Shown here one piece after another: positions 59,096 to 64,000 of a stretch of 64,000 nucleotides of DNA; the first letter of the stretch is position 1, and the number at the start of each line of letters is the position of its first letter. Origin of the DNA: Prevotellaceae bacterium (GTDB taxonomy: Bacteria; Bacteroidota; Bacteroidia; Bacteroidales; Bacteroidaceae); contig JAQYPT010000048.1 in NCBI GenBank assembly GCA_028726625.1, positions 47,853 through 111,852 on the forward strand. Direction: 5' to 3'. The position numbers were made by a program, and so were the translations under genes. The notes beneath the pieces were generated by a model, which was given only the letters and a program-made list of their open reading frames with translations, searched no databases and was not told the DNA's origin.

Positions 59096-59854
59096 ATGTC
59101 AAAAAATATAAGTTTTACAATTAAATTTTGGCGTCAGAACGGTCCTAAAGACAAGGGACATTTTGACACTCACGAGATGAAGAATATCCCAGACGATACT
59201 TCTTTCCTCGAAATGCTTGACATCCTCAACGAGGAACTCATAGAGGATGGGAAGGAACCATTTGTTTTCGATCACGACTGTCGTGAAGGTATCTGCGGTA
59301 TGTGCTCACTTTATATCAATGGTGTGCCACACGGAAAGACCGAACGAGGTGCAACTACCTGCCAGTTGTACATGCGTCGTTTCAACGATGGCGATGTTAT
59401 TACCGTAGAACCTTGGCGTTCAGCAGGCTTCCCTGTCATCAAGGATTGTATGGTAGACCGTAACGCTTTCGACAAAATCATCGCTGCCGGTGGCTACAAT
59501 ACCATTCGTACAGGACAGGCACAGGATGCCAATTCCATCCTTATTCCAAAGGAGAAGGCCGATGAGGCCATGGACTGTGCTTCCTGCATTGGTTGTGGTG
59601 CCTGCGTAGCAGCTTGTAAAAACGGCTCTGCCATGCTCTTTGTGAGCTCCAAGGTTAGCCAGCTGGCCCTGTTGCCACAAGGCCGTCCAGAGGCTGCCAA
59701 GCGTGCCAAGGCCATGGTTCTCAAGATGGATGAATTAGGATTTGGTAACTGTACCAACACTCGTTCATGTGAAGCCGTATGTCCAAAGAACGAGTCGATT
59801 GCTAATATCGCACGACTGAACCGTGAATACATCACGGCAAAGTTTAAAGATTAA
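59096..59854 (+). CDS. sdhB: Succinate dehydrogenase/fumarate reductase iron-sulfur subunit
   Basis: DCREGICGMC, CIGCGACVAAC, CTNTRSCEAVCP. Confidence 0.95.
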   Translation: MSKNISFTIKFWRQNGPKDKGHFDTHEMKNIPDDTSFLEMLDILNEELIEDGKEPFVFDHDCREGICGMCSLYINGVPHGKTERGATTCQLYMRRFNDGDVITVEPWRSAGFPVIKDCMVDRNAFDKIIAAGGYNTIRTGQAQDANSILIPKEKADEAMDCASCIGCGACVAACKNGSAMLFVSSKVSQLALLPQGRPEAAKRAKAMVLKMDELGFGNCTNTRSCEAVCPKNESIANIARLNREYITAKFKD

Positions 59855-59920
59855 GCTGCGCTTGTTTTGTAAATTCACGCTTTAAACGAGCGTATTTGCA
59901 AATCTTAAACTCATAAATAT

Positions 59921-59954
59921 AGCCCATACGTTCTCTTTGACGTATGGGCTTTTA
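59921..59954 (+). terminator. sdhCAB terminator
   Basis: AGCCCATACGT / ACGTATGGGCT followed by a T-run. Confidence 0.75.
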
Positions 59955-60001
59955 TGATGTTCGCAATAAGGTGACGCACCAAGTGGATGCTTGTTCATGG
60001 T

Positions 60002-61237
60002 TTAATGATTGGCGAGCAGGCGTTTACTAAAGTATCTTACGGGGTACCATACCGCCATCCAACCAACAGCAATCACCGTGATGAAGATTAAGAAAATATC
60101 CAAATAGTGCACACTAACGGGATAAGCATTGACAACAAAGTCGCCAGATCTTTGCCCAAGTGATACGAAACCGAAGGTCTGTTGAAGCCAACAGAGCAAC
60201 AAACCCAACAGAATGCCTATGAGAGCGCCTATGACTGATATCATTCGACCTTCGAAAAGAAAGATTTTAGTGATTTGTTTGTCGCTGGCTCCGATGTTTC
60301 TTAACGTCACCACGTCGTTCTTCTTGTCAATCATGAGCATGGAAAGCGAGCCGATAATGTTAAAGCATGCCACAACCAAGATAAACGTTAGGAAGAAATA
60401 AGCGATGATTTTCTCGATCTGCATAATCTTAAATGTGTCCGCTTGTTGTTCAAAACGGTCAAGCACCTTGTACCTACTTCCTACGATAGCCTGTATCTCT
60501 TTCTTCACCTCCTTGAGGTTACTGTTCTCTTGAAGACGGAGTTCAAGCGAGGAGATGCGCCCCTTCATGTCAAAAAGGTTGCGTGCAAATTCAATGGAAG
60601 TGAGTATATGTCCCTTGTCATATCTGGCTTGATTCACCGAGAACACCACGCCTGGTGACAGAAGAGAGTCTACCGCAAACCCGCTGGCAGGATTACTCAT
60701 GTCCAGCTGTCCTGACCGTTTGGGTGCGTAAATCTTGAGGTAACCGTTCCAAGTTGCGCCTACATCAAGTGTTTGAGCCAATCGAATGCCGATGATACCA
60801 TATTCCAAGTTGCCGGCGTGCAACTCATATTCGCCGTCTCCATACAGGATTTCCTTGATGTGAGTGAGCTTGTCAAAATTGTCATCCACGCCTTTGATGG
60901 TCACCATGGTTAGTTTGTCGCCATACATGGCCATTGCCATGTCCTCCACATTTTCTGTGGCTACATCCACCTGACGAAGCTGTTTAACCTTCGTAAGCAA
61001 GGGGTCGTTGGCGTTGGCTGATTTCCCTTCCGTAGGAACAACTTCGAGTTGTGGGTCGAAGTTGGTCAGAAAAGAGGCCACCAAGTCATGAAAGCCGTTG
61101 AAAACGCTCATCACAATGACCAATGCCATCGTTGCCACCGCGACACCTATCACAGAGATAATGGAGATGACATTGATGGCATTCGTGCTCTTTTTTGAAA
61201 AGAGATAACGACGTGCGACAAATAAAGGGAAGTTCAT
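60002..61237 (-). CDS. ABC transporter permease, FtsX/LolE-like
   Basis: 'ARRYLFSKKS', 'VMSVFNGF', 'FNIIGSLSMLMIDKK', 'FLFEG', 'YPV'. Confidence 0.8.
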   Translation of the reverse strand: MNFPLFVARRYLFSKKSTNAINVISIISVIGVAVATMALVIVMSVFNGFHDLVASFLTNFDPQLEVVPTEGKSANANDPLLTKVKQLRQVDVATENVEDMAMAMYGDKLTMVTIKGVDDNFDKLTHIKEILYGDGEYELHAGNLEYGIIGIRLAQTLDVGATWNGYLKIYAPKRSGQLDMSNPASGFAVDSLLSPGVVFSVNQARYDKGHILTSIEFARNLFDMKGRISSLELRLQENSNLKEVKKEIQAIVGSRYKVLDRFEQQADTFKIMQIEKIIAYFFLTFILVVACFNIIGSLSMLMIDKKNDVVTLRNIGASDKQITKIFLFEGRMISVIGALIGILLGLLLCWLQQTFGFVSLGQRSGDFVVNAYPVSVHYLDIFLIFITVIAVGWMAVWYPVRYFSKRLLANH

Positions 61238-61269
61238 CTATTGGAATATTTGTGCTCTAAGCCGTTGTT

Positions 61270-61605
61270 TTACTTCTTCAACAACTCGTCGATGTGTTCG
61301 ATGTAATCAAGGCTGTCGTCGATGAAGAAACGCAATTCGGGAACAATACGCAGCTGATTGCGTACGCGTGTGCCCAAGTCGTAACGAATGGTTTTCTCGT
61401 TTGCAGTGATGTTCTTAATGATTTCCTCCGCTTTTTCTGATGGGAAAATACTTAGATAGGCGGTGCAAATACTCAAATCAGGACTGACACGTACCCGGGT
61501 GACGCTTACCATGACACCATGGGTAGCTCTTGTTTGCGATTGAAATATGATGGCGAGTTCTTTTTGAAGCAGTCGCGCGATGCGGTTTTGTCTTGTCTCT
61601 TGCAT
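61270..61605 (-). CDS. rbfA: Ribosome-binding factor A
   Basis: VTRVRVSPDL, LRIVPELRFFIDDSLDY. Confidence 0.95.
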   Translation of the reverse strand: MQETRQNRIARLLQKELAIIFQSQTRATHGVMVSVTRVRVSPDLSICTAYLSIFPSEKAEEIIKNITANEKTIRYDLGTRVRNQLRIVPELRFFIDDSLDYIEHIDELLKK

Positions 61606-61707
61606 AAAATTTGTATTTTAAGGGTGTACAATTTAGTGGAAGACTTAGTGGAAGACAAAGATAATTATAATAGTTGACAATTAATTCTTTTTTCGTATTT
61701 TTGTGCG

Positions 61708-62664
61708 ATGGTGACTACTTCTCCTACAAAACAACAGACAAGAATCTTGGAGTTAGATTATCTCAAGTGTGTGTTTATTCTCTTGATGATAGTTTTTCAC
61801 CTTGTCTATATTGGCAATCGCTATCCCGTTGCCAAGGCTTTTGTGTACACGTTCCACATGCCTGGATTTCTCATTATTTCGGGTTATCTGCTTCATGTAC
61901 AGAAGCCTGTTCCGCAGTTCTTGCGCTATATACAGTGGATTCTCGTACCTTATTTGCTGATGGAGAGTGGGTATGTGGCCATGGCGTCCGTCTTACCCAT
62001 TCGTGAACATATTCAGCAGCTCACCTTTGGCTTGTTTCTTGATAAACTGTTTTTACACCCTTTAGGACCTTACTGGTACCTGCACACACTGATGTTGTGT
62101 GGAATCGTTACCTATGTAATAGCCCAATTTGCGGGTCGTCATCGTTTGTTAATGCTGATTGGCGTGTTGCTATGTTTGTGGGTGTTGGCACTTTTGGGAC
62201 TTGTTACTTTGATCAATGCCGTGTATTTTTGTGTAGGTGTCGCATTGCGTCTGTATCATCGTCCATTCGTTGATACATTTCACCCTGCATGGTGGTCGTT
62301 CATTGGGATTGTATTGGTTGTCACTTGTGTGCCAAATGCACTTCAAAGGCACACCATAGGTGGCATGCTCATCGTGTATTTCGTTATCTCTTTTTTGCTT
62401 TGGCTGTATCCCTATTTACCCAAAGAAGTGGTGAAAATCTCCCATTTCATCGGTAGAAATTCTCTTATCCTGTTGCTTTTCTCTCCCATGTTTACGGTGC
62501 TTTCCAAGCTGTTTCAGTCCTATCTGTTGTTCGAACCGTCAGGAATGCTTTTCATGTTGGTAGCTTTGCTGTTTACGGTAGTTGGCAGTTTCACCGTTGC
62601 CTATACCTTGCAAAAGTTGCATATAGCACAGTATATGTTTGGAAAGTCAAGGATTATCAAGTGA
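61708..62664 (+). CDS. Acyltransferase family 3 membrane protein
   Basis: 'RILELDYLKCVFILLMIVFH', 'YTFHMPGFLIISGY', 'GPYWYL', about 10 TM helices. Confidence 0.8.
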   Translation: MVTTSPTKQQTRILELDYLKCVFILLMIVFHLVYIGNRYPVAKAFVYTFHMPGFLIISGYLLHVQKPVPQFLRYIQWILVPYLLMESGYVAMASVLPIREHIQQLTFGLFLDKLFLHPLGPYWYLHTLMLCGIVTYVIAQFAGRHRLLMLIGVLLCLWVLALLGLVTLINAVYFCVGVALRLYHRPFVDTFHPAWWSFIGIVLVVTCVPNALQRHTIGGMLIVYFVISFLLWLYPYLPKEVVKISHFIGRNSLILLLFSPMFTVLSKLFQSYLLFEPSGMLFMLVALLFTVVGSFTVAYTLQKLHIAQYMFGKSRIIK

Positions 62665-62698
62665 CCACCCATCTGTTTGTCTTTTTTGGAGCTTCCTG

Positions 62699-63340
62699 TC
62701 ATTCGATTGGCTTTTTCCTAATGATGGTCAAACCGTCGCGAATGGGCAAGATTACTTTTTCCACTCGTGCATCTTGGGCGATGAAATCGTTAAATTGGGC
62801 AATCCCTTGTGTCTGTGCATCGTGTAGGTAGTGCGGATCGATGACATGTCCGTCCCACAACGTATTATCGGCAAGAATGAATCCACCAGGTCGCAATAGC
62901 TTCAACACCGTTTCGTATGTCTCTATATAAGTGCGCTTGTCACCGTCGATAAACGCCATGTCAAACACGACATTTAGCTTGGGAGCTTCCACGTTTGCGT
63001 CGCCAATGATGAAATGAATCTTGGATGCCACAGGACTGTTTTCTATCCATGGCCGTGTAAAATCCTCCATTTCATCGTTGATTTCAAACGTATACAGCCG
63101 ACCGTCTTCATCCAATCCCTCCGCCATACAAATGGCACTGTAGCCACTGAAGGTACCTACTTCTAAAACATTCTTAGGGCGAATCATTTCTACCAACATC
63201 TTGAGCAGCCGCCCTTGCAAATGTCCACTGGCCATACGTCCATGCACGGTGTGGATGTTTGTGGCGCGATAAAGGCGGTATAGATAATCGCCTTCGGCAT
63301 CAATGTGTGCGAGCAGATAGCGTTCTAATTCAGTATTCAT
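62699..63340 (-). CDS. SAM-dependent O-methyltransferase (CCoAOMT/TrmR-like)
   Basis: MASGHLQG, LEVGTFSGYS, FDMAFIDGDK, GGFILADNTLW, LPIRDGLT. Confidence 0.88.
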   Translation of the reverse strand: MNTELERYLLAHIDAEGDYLYRLYRATNIHTVHGRMASGHLQGRLLKMLVEMIRPKNVLEVGTFSGYSAICMAEGLDEDGRLYTFEINDEMEDFTRPWIENSPVASKIHFIIGDANVEAPKLNVVFDMAFIDGDKRTYIETYETVLKLLRPGGFILADNTLWDGHVIDPHYLHDAQTQGIAQFNDFIAQDARVEKVILPIRDGLTIIRKKPIE

Positions 63341-63354
63341 AGGTAGTTATTTAG

Positions 63355-63572
63355 TTTACGAGTTTACAAGTTTACGAGTTGACAAGTTGATAGTTTTGTT
63401 GTTGGAGTATTTCATGATCATTCCTCTTACAAGCCATTAACTCGTGAACTTGTGAACTCGTTAACTCGTCAACTATCCATAGTTGTTTTGTTGGACTATT
63501 TCACGTTCGTTCCTATAGCAAGCCATTAACTTGTCAACTCGTTAACTCGTAAACTTGTCAACTTATCAACTA
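63355..63572 (-). repeat. Gene-less octamer-array element between aroQ and O-methyltransferase
   Basis: Three arrays of TT(G/A/T/C)ACRAG units, two in sense and one inverted, separated by two ~50-nt spacers similar to each other. Confidence 0.88.
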
Positions 63573-63986
63573 TCTAACTACTGCCTCGATGGCCAATTTA
63601 TACGAGTTCAACCCAAAGCCTGCAATAACCCCTTTGCATGCCGATGAAATCATGCTTTTATGACGAAACTCCTCTCGGGCGTGAACGTTCGAGATATGAA
63701 CCTCAACGACAGGCGTGGTAATCGAGCGGATACAGTCGAGCAAGGCAATGCTGGTGTGGGTGTAAGCGCCTGCGTTGAGCACGATGCCATCGTACGAAAA
63801 GCCCACCTCTTGCAGCTTGTCAATAAGTTCCCCCTCAATGTTGCTTTGGTAATAATCAATCTCCATCTGTGTAAAATCGTGGCGCAACTTCTGTAAAAAC
63901 TCGTCAAACGAGCGATTACCGTAAATGTCTGGCTCCCGTTTGCCCAGCAAGTTGAGGTTCGGGCCGTTGATGATCATTATTTTCAT
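63570..63986 (-). CDS. aroQ: Type II 3-dehydroquinate dehydratase
   Basis: NGPNLNLLGKREPDIYG, NAGAYTHTS, EVHISNVHAREEFR. Confidence 0.96.
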   Translation of the reverse strand: MKIMIINGPNLNLLGKREPDIYGNRSFDEFLQKLRHDFTQMEIDYYQSNIEGELIDKLQEVGFSYDGIVLNAGAYTHTSIALLDCIRSITTPVVEVHISNVHAREEFRHKSMISSACKGVIAGFGLNSYKLAIEAVVR

Positions 63987-64000
63987 AATTCGCCTTATTT

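Noticed and set aside
63355-63572. CRISPR array (repeat-spacer-like layout)
   Set aside because: The units are 8-bp tandem repeats in both orientations, the two spacers are similar to each other rather than unique, and there are no cas genes.
1-64000. tRNA, rRNA, tmRNA, known riboswitches and IS transposases
   Set aside because: No cloverleaf, rRNA signature, recognisable riboswitch consensus or DDE/HUH transposase ORF was seen by eye. An Infernal or ISfinder scan would be needed to exclude them fully.

Overview
A 64-kb chromosomal window from a Bacteroidota genome, most likely Prevotellaceae (inferred from the protein families and the TAnnTTTG promoters). It is mostly housekeeping: glnA type III, pckA, upp, leuS, rdgB, porZ, acpP-fabF-rnc, ispG/purE/rpoN, polA, ispB, deoC/mazG/dtd, uvrC/apt/mnmG, sdhCAB, rbfA and aroQ. 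It probably contains the replication origin, shown by a DnaA-box cluster at about 17.4-17.8 kb and two near-consensus parS sites at about 47.8 and 48.5 kb. No rRNA, tRNA, CRISPR array or transposase was recognised. The most unusual signals are four. (1) A family of 8-bp (TTGACRAG) tandem arrays starts right after stop codons inside operons. One inverted pair brackets a four-helix-bundle (23S-IVS/Avd-like) gene between sdhA and sdhB, a gene-less version lies between aroQ and an O-methyltransferase, and a half copy follows a TonB receptor. Together they look like a mobile intervening sequence of mRNAs. (2) A metal-uptake-like operon has a CxxC/HSPP upstream ORF, a TonB-dependent receptor and a surface lipoprotein with duplicated HQHFF domains. 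(3) Three diverged copies of a ~366-bp intergenic element carry a conserved hairpin and a 22-bp-phased core. (4) A type II R-M cassette is inserted into the dtd-mazG-deoC operon with tight gene junctions. All assignments come from reading the sequence; no database searches were run.
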